Of a DNA stretch of 64,000 nt, positions 9,449 through 18,900 are shown piece after piece (positions within the stretch are counted from its first letter, which is position 1; every line of letters starts with the position of its first letter). Both the position numbers and the translations under genes were made by a program. The notes under the pieces are model-generated. The model had not been told where the DNA came from, did not search any database, and worked only from the letters and a program-made list of their open reading frames with translations. Source of the DNA: a virus (Duplodnaviria > Caudoviricetes); IMG/VR virus record IMGVR_UViG_3300001598_002233, positions 22,311 to 86,310 of that record; one strand, written 5' to 3'.

Positions 9449-10157
9449 ATGTATATATTTTCCGCCTTCTACGGAAGAAGCAAACAAGGAATTTATTAAG
9501 GATAAAGAAGAATTTTTATCTCGTAATGATTCACTTATATTAGATATGAATAAGTTGCAATTTTATGACAATTGGGAGCATAATGAACTGCATATTACAA
9601 CAGAAAGTCATTATACTTATATTTTACCTGAAATGGGAAAATTTCTCGGCTTCAACTATGATATAAATGATTTTGAACTAATAGAGAAAAAAGATAGGAC
9701 AGGAAATTTTGATATAAGTTATTTATTCCCTAAAAAGAACAAGAAATTTAAAATAGCCTTTCAAGATAAACAATATATGTGTGGGTATGAGGGAATGATA
9801 GGTTTTAATAATGCAGAAAAGTGCGAAAAAGATTTTTTTGATAATACAAGTTTTAAAGAGATGAACCCAGATTATCATCTTTTGTTTTTTGCATCACATC
9901 AGTGCTGTGTAATAGAAAATTTAGATGAAAATAATGGGAAAACTGTAGTAATTAGTGGGGATTCGCAACTCATACCAGATGTACCAATATTAGCATATTA
10001 TTATAAAAAAATAGTATATTTAGATAAGCGTAGAGCAGATTATGGTTCTGTTTTATTTAATATTTCCAGAAAAGATGAGGTTGTTTATGTAATGTCTAAA
10101 TATGACCTTGCTAAGTATACAGACATAAATTCCAAAAAATGTAGATTTATAGATTAA
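9441..10157 (+). CDS. Hypothetical protein in the glycan locus, possibly SGNH/AlgX-like
   Basis: 238-aa ORF coupled to its neighbours; VVISGDSQ resembles the SGNH block I (GDS). Assignment is weak. Confidence 0.5.
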   Translation: MSKCIYFPPSTEEANKEFIKDKEEFLSRNDSLILDMNKLQFYDNWEHNELHITTESHYTYILPEMGKFLGFNYDINDFELIEKKDRTGNFDISYLFPKKNKKFKIAFQDKQYMCGYEGMIGFNNAEKCEKDFFDNTSFKEMNPDYHLLFFASHQCCVIENLDENNGKTVVISGDSQLIPDVPILAYYYKKIVYLDKRRADYGSVLFNISRKDEVVYVMSKYDLAKYTDINSKKCRFID

Positions 10158-10160
10158 ATT

Positions 10161-10841
10161 ATGAATAAGAATGTTTTTTATACTTGTATAACGGGAAAAT
10201 ATGAAATTCCATTTGAGAACAAATGTCAAAAATTACCAGACTTTGATTATATTTGCTTCGCTGACACTGATATCAAAAGTAATTTTTGGGAGATAAGGCC
10301 GATGCCTAAGACACCAGAAGGCTTAAGTGATGTTAAAAAACAAAGATGGGTAAAGATAAATGCTCATAAGGTGTTACCAGAATATGAATTTTCAGTATGG
10401 GTTGATGGTAATATATTTATGGGAGGTGATATGTCAGCATTTTTAAAAAATACAGTATTTAACTTTCCTTATAGTTTTTTTGTTGGGAAACATCCAGAAA
10501 GAAATTGCGTTTATGAAGAAGCAAAGGCATGTATTAATCTAAAGAAGGACATAAAGGAGAATATAAACCCACAAATGGAGGCATATAAAAAGGAAGGGCT
10601 CCCTGCTCATTTTGCCTTAGCACAAACTTGTATGCTATTCAGATATCACAATAGGGAGGATTGTATTAAATTAATGGAAACTTGGTGGGCTGAAATGGAA
10701 AAATATGGCTATAGAGACCAATTATCGTTCCCATATGCTGTGTGGAAAAATCCAGATGTTAAAATTGGGTGGATGGATAAACGTATTTTTTGTAGTGCAT
10801 TTTTTAGGAGAATACCACATAATAAACAGAAGAAATCTTGA
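10161..10841 (+). CDS. Stand-alone DUF616 glycosyltransferase-like protein
   Basis: VFYTCITGKY..DYICFAD..VWVDGN..HPERNC..RDQLSFPY; close paralog of the C-termini of 3613-6687 and 6684-8072. Confidence 0.85.
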   Translation: MNKNVFYTCITGKYEIPFENKCQKLPDFDYICFADTDIKSNFWEIRPMPKTPEGLSDVKKQRWVKINAHKVLPEYEFSVWVDGNIFMGGDMSAFLKNTVFNFPYSFFVGKHPERNCVYEEAKACINLKKDIKENINPQMEAYKKEGLPAHFALAQTCMLFRYHNREDCIKLMETWWAEMEKYGYRDQLSFPYAVWKNPDVKIGWMDKRIFCSAFFRRIPHNKQKKS

Positions 10842-10879
10842 CATTTTGCCTTATATTTCTTATTTTTAAAGAAAAAGTA

Positions 10880-11668
10880 TTGGCAAAGAAGATTATCATA
10901 TTATGTATGTCCTGCAATATTGAGCGATTCAGAAACGAAGAGCAGGTAATAAAGGAAACATGGGGTAAACCTATTATAGAGGGGGACCCTGATGTTTCTA
11001 TTTATTTTTATAGGGGTGGGTGCAATATGAATGTGGTAAATGACAAAACACATGAAATACTTTTAAGTTGTGGTGATGGCTTAGATAATACATTTGAAAA
11101 AACGATAAAGGCTTTTCTTGGCATAAACAGAAAAGATTATGATTATGTTATCAGAACTAATACAACCACATATCTAAATATTCCATTATTAAAGCAAGTA
11201 ATAGAACAATTAGATAATACGGCACAATTTTATGGGGGAAGACTGGTCAGTAATAGGAAGAGTGAGTATGTGCCTTTCTTTAGGGGGTGCTTTATGATGT
11301 TTCCGAAGTCATTAGTCACAGAATTGTTGGAAGTGGTTCCCAAGTATGGGGTGAAAGGTGTTGATGATATTGACATAGCGAAAATACTCTGCAACGAAAG
11401 AAGAAAAGATGGAAATCTTAAAGAGTATATAGAATTATTGAGGGAGGCACCAGGAATAGAGAAGATAAGCGAAACTGATTTCTTAGAGAAGGTAAAAACT
11501 GCATATTATATTAGAGCGAAGGAAAATAAAACTGGCGAAAACCATGTGGCTATTTTTAAGGTGCTTCACGAACTATTATCAGGATTAAATTGTGAATATG
11601 AGGTTACAATGCCACATAAAGTTACAAAGGTAGAAACAATAAAAGGAATAATTAATTTGAATATATGA
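10880..11668 (+). CDS. Putative GT-A fold glycosyltransferase, GT31/galactosyltransferase-like
   Basis: IIILCMSC..GDGLDNTFEKTIKAF..YDYVIRTNTTTYLNIPLL..FYGG..FFRG..DDIDI pattern. Likely TTG start at 10880; the ORF track begins at 10838. Confidence 0.6.
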   Translation: MAKKIIILCMSCNIERFRNEEQVIKETWGKPIIEGDPDVSIYFYRGGCNMNVVNDKTHEILLSCGDGLDNTFEKTIKAFLGINRKDYDYVIRTNTTTYLNIPLLKQVIEQLDNTAQFYGGRLVSNRKSEYVPFFRGCFMMFPKSLVTELLEVVPKYGVKGVDDIDIAKILCNERRKDGNLKEYIELLREAPGIEKISETDFLEKVKTAYYIRAKENKTGENHVAIFKVLHELLSGLNCEYEVTMPHKVTKVETIKGIINLNI

Positions 11669-13341
11669 CAACATTATTGTGCTGCATAGGCAGAAAAGAG
11701 AACAGATACATACGAGAGTATGTTGAGTGGTATAAGCATTTAGGGTTTACAAACATTGTTATTTATGACAATAATTATGATGGGGAAGACAATTTCCGTG
11801 ACGTAATTGGTGATTATATTGATAGTGGATTTGTAATTATAAAAGATTACAGAAATAGAACGATATGTCAACACGAGGCATATAACGAGTGTTATAGAGA
11901 ACACGGAGATAGTTACGATTGGATTGCCTTCTTTGATTGTGATGAGTTCTTGACATTGCCCAGAAAGAAAGATATAAACACGTTTTTGTCTTCAATATTG
12001 TTTAGGAAGTATGATATGATTCATGTGAATTGGATGAGTTACGGTGATAGTGAAAATATCTATTATGAGGACAAGCCACTTACGGAGAGATTTCCTAGTC
12101 CAGTAAAGCCATATGACTTTAAGAAGACCTATAATTTCCCAGACAACAATCATATTAAGAGTATTGTTAGGGGTGGATTAAAAACTGTGTTGTTTGGTAA
12201 TAGAGGGTGGTCCCATACACCGAGTGGAGTTGCTACTTGCTGCACAGCAAAGGGAATTGCTTGTGACCCCAATTCACCCTTCACACCGTTTGACTTTACA
12301 GAAGCATATTTAAGACATTATGTAACAAAGAGTACGGAAGAATATGTAGATAAACTTCGTAGGGGTTTTCCTGACCAAGAATTCAATCCTGAAAGATTTA
12401 AATATCTTGTGGAACTCTATTTCAAGATAAATACAAAGACACAGGAAAAGATGGATTATTTCAATGAAAAACTTGGAATGAATTATGCAGCCAAGAGAGA
12501 TGATGTACAGATATTTACATTGTGCTACGATAAGAAAGATTATGAGTTTATGGAGGATTCCGTGATTACTCCCCTTCAGTGTGGTGCTGCAAATGGTAAG
12601 GATGTGTGTAAGGTAAAGGATAATACGGGGGATAATATTTCTGGCCAGAACTATGTTTATATTGAAAATACTGGCGTTTATTGGATTTGGAAGAATGTGA
12701 AGAACGCTAAGTATAAGGGAAATATGCAGTATAGGAGACTTCTTGAGGGTGTTAATGAGAACATGAACTTTAATGAAGTATTTAAGAATTATGATGTAAT
12801 TACTTGTGTACCATTTAATCACCCAGAACATAAAATACCAAAGTTCCAAGGAGATGCAATTATTCCTGCTGACACGGTAAGAGAAGGTTATACTTTTAGT
12901 AATTGTGGTGCTGATTTGGATATTATGGAAAAGGTTGTTAAGGAACTATATCCTGATTATGCAGAATCGTGGGATAAATACATTAATAATGGTGAGAACC
13001 TTTATTATTCTTGTGGATATGTTCTTAGGGCTGAGGATTATGACCGATATGCTGAATTCCTTTTCAGATGTGGTGCGGAGTTTTTGTCAAGAACGGAGAT
13101 TAGAGATGAATTCAGTTTATATCTGCATGTTGCAATTGATATGGGCAAGGGGCTCTATCCAAAGATTGCGGGTCATGACCCCCACGATATACTAAAATCT
13201 GGTTTTGACTTTTTAAGATGGGAGAAGAGTATTTTAGGATTTTTAGGGGAACGACTATGGACATTATGGGTGCAGCATAACTTCACTCGTGACAGAATTA
13301 TGGAAGTCCCATTTAAGAAAGTAGAAAATCAATGGATTTAA
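11665..13341 (+). CDS. GT2_4/GT92-like glycosyltransferase fused to a DUF4422 domain
   Basis: N-terminus IGRKENRYIREYVEWY..DWIAFFDCDEF; C-terminus PLQCGA..DNTGDNIS..YIENTGVYWIWKN..QYRR..GFLGERLW (DUF4422 pattern). Confidence 0.8.
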   Translation: MTTLLCCIGRKENRYIREYVEWYKHLGFTNIVIYDNNYDGEDNFRDVIGDYIDSGFVIIKDYRNRTICQHEAYNECYREHGDSYDWIAFFDCDEFLTLPRKKDINTFLSSILFRKYDMIHVNWMSYGDSENIYYEDKPLTERFPSPVKPYDFKKTYNFPDNNHIKSIVRGGLKTVLFGNRGWSHTPSGVATCCTAKGIACDPNSPFTPFDFTEAYLRHYVTKSTEEYVDKLRRGFPDQEFNPERFKYLVELYFKINTKTQEKMDYFNEKLGMNYAAKRDDVQIFTLCYDKKDYEFMEDSVITPLQCGAANGKDVCKVKDNTGDNISGQNYVYIENTGVYWIWKNVKNAKYKGNMQYRRLLEGVNENMNFNEVFKNYDVITCVPFNHPEHKIPKFQGDAIIPADTVREGYTFSNCGADLDIMEKVVKELYPDYAESWDKYINNGENLYYSCGYVLRAEDYDRYAEFLFRCGAEFLSRTEIRDEFSLYLHVAIDMGKGLYPKIAGHDPHDILKSGFDFLRWEKSILGFLGERLWTLWVQHNFTRDRIMEVPFKKVENQWI

Positions 13342-13346
13342 TATGG

Positions 13347-13372
13347 AAGCGTGGTTTTGCCACGCTTTTTTC
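13347..13372 (+). terminator. Intrinsic terminator closing the glycan locus
   Basis: AAGCGTGG-TTTTG-CCACGCTT followed by a T-run. Confidence 0.85.
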
Positions 13373-13422
13373 TTTCCTTTTTCCGAGAATTTTGTTAATT
13401 TTAGATAGGAAAAATGTAAGGT

Positions 13423-13435
13423 AAACTATTTATAG
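13423..13435 (+). promoter_or_regulatory. AAACTATTTATAG candidate late promoter upstream of baseplate genes
   Basis: Identical 13-mer at 40158-40170 and 40844-40856, each just upstream of a plus-strand gene start. Confidence 0.65.
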
Positions 13436-13449
13436 GAAATATTGTGAAT

Positions 13450-13827
13450 ATGATACAAAAATTCGGAATAAAATACCCTTTTACCTTGGAGAACAACGAC
13501 GAACTATATATGGATGTGAATGATTCATATACAGATATGGTCAAATCTAATGTTCTCCATGTGCTTTTTACACCAAAGGGGCAGAGATTAATGAATCCTG
13601 ATTTCGGGACAGATTTGGTGAGGTTTTTATTTGATGCAAACGATGATATTACATTAGACGACCTTAAATCTTCTCTCAAATCAGATATATCAAAATATGT
13701 CAGTGGGGTTGAATTTAACGATATCTCCATTTATAATGATGGGGAGAATGGAAGGGTGGTAGTTGTTCATTATACCGTCGTTAGAGGCAATAATAAGGAG
13801 CAAACAAGCGTTGCTGTAAAAATATAG
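13450..13827 (+). CDS. Baseplate wedge protein, T4 gp25-like (GPW/gp25 family)
   Basis: GIKYPF..VKSNVLHVLFTPKGQRLMNPDFGTDLVRFLFD is the typical gp25 signature; ~125 aa. Confidence 0.92.
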   Translation: MIQKFGIKYPFTLENNDELYMDVNDSYTDMVKSNVLHVLFTPKGQRLMNPDFGTDLVRFLFDANDDITLDDLKSSLKSDISKYVSGVEFNDISIYNDGENGRVVVVHYTVVRGNNKEQTSVAVKI

Positions 13828-13834
13828 TTGAGTT

Positions 13835-15742
13835 ATGTCAGAAAAGAAAATATCTTATTTAAATAGAACCTTTGCAGATTATAAGGAGGCTTTAATAGAC
13901 TTTGCAAAGAAGTATTATCCCAATTTAGCAACATCATATGATGATGCGTCAGTTGGGTCATTCATTATTGATATTAACGCTGCAACTGCAGACGCATTGG
14001 GGTATTATGTAGATAGGGCATATCAAGAAACCAATATAGAAAGTGCAAATGAAAGGGCATCACTATATGCATTGGCCAGAAATAACGGTTTGAAAACACC
14101 AGGGCCTAAGGGTGCAATGGCAGAAGTTCAGTTCAGTTGCCAATTACCTAAAAATTCTGATGGTACTGTTGACTTTACCTATGCACCTGTTGTTAGAAGG
14201 GGAACAAAGGTATCAGCTGGCTCTCAAGTATTTGAATTGCTTACAGATGTTGATTTCAGTAAACAATTTAGCGAAGAGGGTACTTCAGATAGAACAATTT
14301 ATCCTATGTTAGATTCTAATGGCGTTATTCAGCAATATAAGGTAACAAAACTTGCTGTTGTTGTTGCTGGCGAATCAAAGGTTTATAAGAAAGTTGTTTA
14401 TATGAAAGATGTGGTTCCTTTTATGGAAATACTTCTTCCAGAAAAGAACATTATGAACGTGGAATCCATTATAGTAAAAGATGGAACAAACATTGTCTCA
14501 ACACCTACATATAGTGAATTTTATATGGAAAGTGAAAGTGGGTGTACTGATGCCACAAAAGGCAAGGTGATAAGGTTTTTCGAAGCAGACTCATTAGCAC
14601 AGCAATATAGATGGGGTGATGAGGAAGAGAATGGAAAGGCATTATCAAGTACATATAAAGACAAGAACGGTAATGAGGTATATTACATTACAAAGGGAAA
14701 GTGGCATCGTCTTGAACACAAGTTTATAACAGAATATACGGATAATGGCTATCTTAAAGTAATATTTGGCTCAGGAACTGACGAAAAAAATACTTCGGTA
14801 TTAGATGGGGCAAGCGCATTTTCAAAATTCCAAATTGAAAGGGTGATAAAGAACGATTCACTTGGTATACTTCCAAATGCAGATACAACAGTATTTGTAT
14901 TATACAGAGTAGGTGGGGGCAAATCAAGCAACGTTGCGAAGGGTGCAATCAACTATATAAATTATCTTAATGCTGAAATTCCTGGTGGCAATGCTTCAAT
15001 GAAGAGCCAAGTCGCAAGGTCAATTACCGTTATTAGTACAACGCCTTCTGTTTCTGGTAAGGATATGCCAACAGCTAATGAATTAAGATACCTTATTAAG
15101 TATAACAATGGCTCACAAGACAGATGTGTTACTGTAAAGGATTACATACATAGGATATTGATGATGCCCTCAAGATATGGCTGTCCTTTTAGAGTGGGTG
15201 TTAGTGAGGAAAATAATAAGATAATGGTCAATTTGTTAGGGCTCAATGCTGATGGACAACTTGACACGGCAATGCCAGCCTTACTTATTCATAACATCAG
15301 AGAATATCTTGCAAATTATCGTATGATAAATGACTATATTGAGATAAAGCCAGGTAAGATTGTCAATATTTCTTTTGATATTGATGTTTATGTGGACAAG
15401 AATTACAATAAGTCAGACGTAATTTCTGCTATCATCAATAAGGTTTATGACTATATGGATATTAATGCTCATAATATGGGTGATGATATATTTGTTGGTG
15501 ATATTGAGAAGGAAATTTCAAAGATTGACGGTGTAATTAACCTTATAGATTTACAGGTATGGAACGAGTATGGCAATGGATATTCAGAAACAAGAACAAC
15601 ACAGGAAATTGAAAGTACCAATGTTGCTAACAGAAGCAAAATTGACCTCGAAGCGTCTGAGGGCATTCTTTATAGTGATGGAGACACAATGTTAGAGATA
15701 AAGACACTCCAAGATGTGAGAGTTCGTTGTAAAACTCGTTAA
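13835..15742 (+). CDS. Baseplate wedge protein, T4 gp6 / baseplate J-like
   Basis: SYLNRTFADYKEALIDFAKKYYP..ALGYYVDRAYQE..SLYALAR; YRVGGG; QDRCVTVKDY; directly follows the gp25-like gene. Confidence 0.88.
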   Translation: MSEKKISYLNRTFADYKEALIDFAKKYYPNLATSYDDASVGSFIIDINAATADALGYYVDRAYQETNIESANERASLYALARNNGLKTPGPKGAMAEVQFSCQLPKNSDGTVDFTYAPVVRRGTKVSAGSQVFELLTDVDFSKQFSEEGTSDRTIYPMLDSNGVIQQYKVTKLAVVVAGESKVYKKVVYMKDVVPFMEILLPEKNIMNVESIIVKDGTNIVSTPTYSEFYMESESGCTDATKGKVIRFFEADSLAQQYRWGDEEENGKALSSTYKDKNGNEVYYITKGKWHRLEHKFITEYTDNGYLKVIFGSGTDEKNTSVLDGASAFSKFQIERVIKNDSLGILPNADTTVFVLYRVGGGKSSNVAKGAINYINYLNAEIPGGNASMKSQVARSITVISTTPSVSGKDMPTANELRYLIKYNNGSQDRCVTVKDYIHRILMMPSRYGCPFRVGVSEENNKIMVNLLGLNADGQLDTAMPALLIHNIREYLANYRMINDYIEIKPGKIVNISFDIDVYVDKNYNKSDVISAIINKVYDYMDINAHNMGDDIFVGDIEKEISKIDGVINLIDLQVWNEYGNGYSETRTTQEIESTNVANRSKIDLEASEGILYSDGDTMLEIKTLQDVRVRCKTR

Positions 15743-15746
15743 ATAT

Positions 15747-15989
15747 ATGGCGTGTGCGTGTAAGGTAAATCAGCAGATTGATTATCTGCATAAAAAATAT
15801 GGGACAAAGGTACCTGTAAGTAAAAAAACACAAATTTCTTTCCATATTGGAGAGGCTTTTAAGAAATTGCTTATAGGGATATTAACTCTTCCTTTAACAA
15901 TTGTTATGCTTATACATGTTTTGTTTAAAGCATTTTCAAAAAACAAAGTTATAAATATCAACAGATTATTAAGATTGAAACATGTCTGA
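15747..15989 (+). CDS. Small membrane protein with N-terminal CxC
   Basis: 80 aa, MACACK start, one hydrophobic helix (LLIGILTLPLTIVMLIHVLF); tightly packed between structural genes. Confidence 0.6.
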   Translation: MACACKVNQQIDYLHKKYGTKVPVSKKTQISFHIGEAFKKLLIGILTLPLTIVMLIHVLFKAFSKNKVININRLLRLKHV

Positions 15990-18900
15990 ATTAAATAAAT
16001 CATATAGAATAAAAGCAAATGTGGGTGGGGATTCAAACATTAGTTTGATGCTTAACCAAGATTATAATGTGCTTGAGGTATTGTCCATAAAGATAAACCA
16101 AGAAGATACTTATAAAATTCATTCTGCAAATTACGGAGTCATTGTTGGTCGCGTTTTGGCCAATAATGGCTTTGGTGTTCCTAATGCTAAATTAAGTATT
16201 TTCATTGAAGGTGAGTTCAGCAGTGTTGAAGATACTGCATTATATCCTTTTTCAAGCACGGCAAGTAGAGATGGTAATGGTACTCGTTATAACCTTCTTG
16301 TAGATAAGAAAGTGGATGATTGCCATCAGGTTGTTGGTACTTTCCCCAATAAGACATATTTGCTCGACAATAATGATTTAATTGAAATTTTCGACAAGTA
16401 TTATAAATATACAACCAGAACAAACAATTCTGGCGATTATCTCATCTGTGGCGTACCTGTGGGAAATCACACGCTTCATATGGACCTTGACCTTTCCGAT
16501 TGCGGCATTCTTTCACAGAGACCAAGAGACTTCGTTTATAAAGGTTATACAATTGAGCAATTTGAAAATCCCAATCAGTTCAAGACAGACACAGAACTGG
16601 ATGTATTAAGCCAAGTATTTTCACAAGACCAAACTGTAAATGTAATTCCATTCTGGGGAGAAGAAAACAATGGGCAAGAAATTGGTATTACAAGGGCAGA
16701 TGTTAATGTTAAGTTCAAATTTGAGCCTACTTGTGTATTTATGGGAAGCCTTGTTGCTGACAATGCTTCGAATGGTATTTCGAAGAAATGTGTTCCAACA
16801 AATCAGATGGGTGCAATGGATGAACTTACAACTGGTGAGGGTACAATTGAAATGATTAGGAAAACAATGTCAGACGACGTTGAGGAATTTCAGATTAAGG
16901 GAACACAATTAATTGATGGTAACGGAGTATGGTGCTATCAGATTCCTATGAATCTTGACTATATGATGACAGATGAGTATGGCAATACCGTCCCTACAGA
17001 TGACCCAGAAAGAGGTATTCCTACAAGAGCTCGTGTTCGTTTCAGGATATCAATGCAAGATAATGAAATGAATACTGACAATTATTTCAGAGCAAAGGTG
17101 CTTGTTCCCCACAATCCACAGGATACTGTAGAGGGACATGAGGAATATGATTATGAGTTTGGTTCCTATACAAAGGACGAGTCATTTAGAGACTTGTTTT
17201 GGAATAATGTTTACACAGTTAAGTCCTATATTCCAAGAATACAGAAATCACAGGTAACAAGGTCTGAGAGGTTCACTGGTATCAAGCACTGCAACATTTA
17301 TGGTAATAATAATCCAATGCCTTATAATAACATTAGAATTAGATTACCATTGATGTTCACTATTCTTTGTGCATTGATAAAGTCATATATTAGAATTGTT
17401 AGATGGATAAATACCATATTAGACTTTTTTATATTTTGCTTTGGTCAAATTTCTACTGCGGGAGATGGTGTAACGTTTGGAATGGCATCAAAATTTGTAC
17501 ATTTAGTAGAAAATAGTAAATTTATTACTCTTGCAGATGGTTTATGCCCTGACCTTGAAAATTGGTATTTTGCACCTTCTAATAGTAATAAGACAATATA
17601 CTATGATTGGGGTAAAGATACAAAGGCTACTACAATGCTGAAATTGACATTTAATTCTTTAATATACGATAATGCTGCTGATACTACCGCAATAGATACA
17701 ACAAATAGTAGTAATAATACACAATCAATATGTTTAACAAGTTCAATTGATTACCTTGTTTCTTGTATTGAAATGAATCTTGCACAAGAATATAAAGTAA
17801 TTAATTTTGATTTCTACAACGATTGGGTAAATGGTGTGATTTATATGCCACGATGGATGAAATTCATCAGAAAGAAGCGTAGTTTTCTTTTTGGCCTTAT
17901 TACTATTAAGTCTAAGGTAAAGGCTTGTATGGATGATTCCACTATTTTTGGTAAGACAAGAAGATATACACAGCAATGTTCACTGCAGTATAAAAGGGCC
18001 AACAATAAGCCATATACGGAGGTAATTACAGACCTTGGGTGCGATGAAAAGAACAAAAACAAGACAACACAGAAGTGCCATAAAAACCAAGGAATGAATC
18101 AGTATTCTATATTTGGAAGTGGAAATAGGTCACAGAAAGGTAATGGTGGGGCTGTCCACGAAACAAAGACAATGAAAGACCAATATGTGTACTATTTTAA
18201 ACCTTGTGAGTGGGGACTTACTGATAACAAGAAAACTATATTGTTTGCTAATGATATAATATTATTAGGCTCATTAAATGATTGTAATTTATATGGGCTC
18301 CCACAAGCATTTAAACATCTTACGAGTTCATCATATATTATGCCTACTAATTTGGCATTAACGAATATGGACGATGATGGATATCTCTATGCTGACAATA
18401 ATGGTACTATTTGCAGTAGAACTACTTTGGATGAAAATCTCTCAGTAAAGAAAGTTGAAACAAGTTTTTCATCAACAAGTAAATATTATTCGACAGCACA
18501 AGATGAGACAGTACAATATGGGGTAGACAGTGAAGGGAATGCTGTGAATGATGATACTATTCCTTTAACGGAGGCTGCAGGTATTGCTTGGAATTATACA
18601 GGCCCAGGACAAGGAACTGCTAATTTCAGCAAACGAAATAATACGATATATCAACCTGGTGGTCACTTCTTAGGTATTTCTTGCGTTAATTCTGAGACTA
18701 ATATTAAGTCTTGTATAAACCTGCAGCGAATATGTGAGGCGGGTGCCACAATGTCTCAAAGACGAGAAGAAGTAAGACAAGTCAGTATGGAAAACGGAAG
18801 CCCTAAACTTAGTTATAGATATTTCATACCAACAGGACTTATTTCACAAGATGAGGTTCTTGATGGCGATTTCAGAACAATGTTTGCAACGATGAATCAC

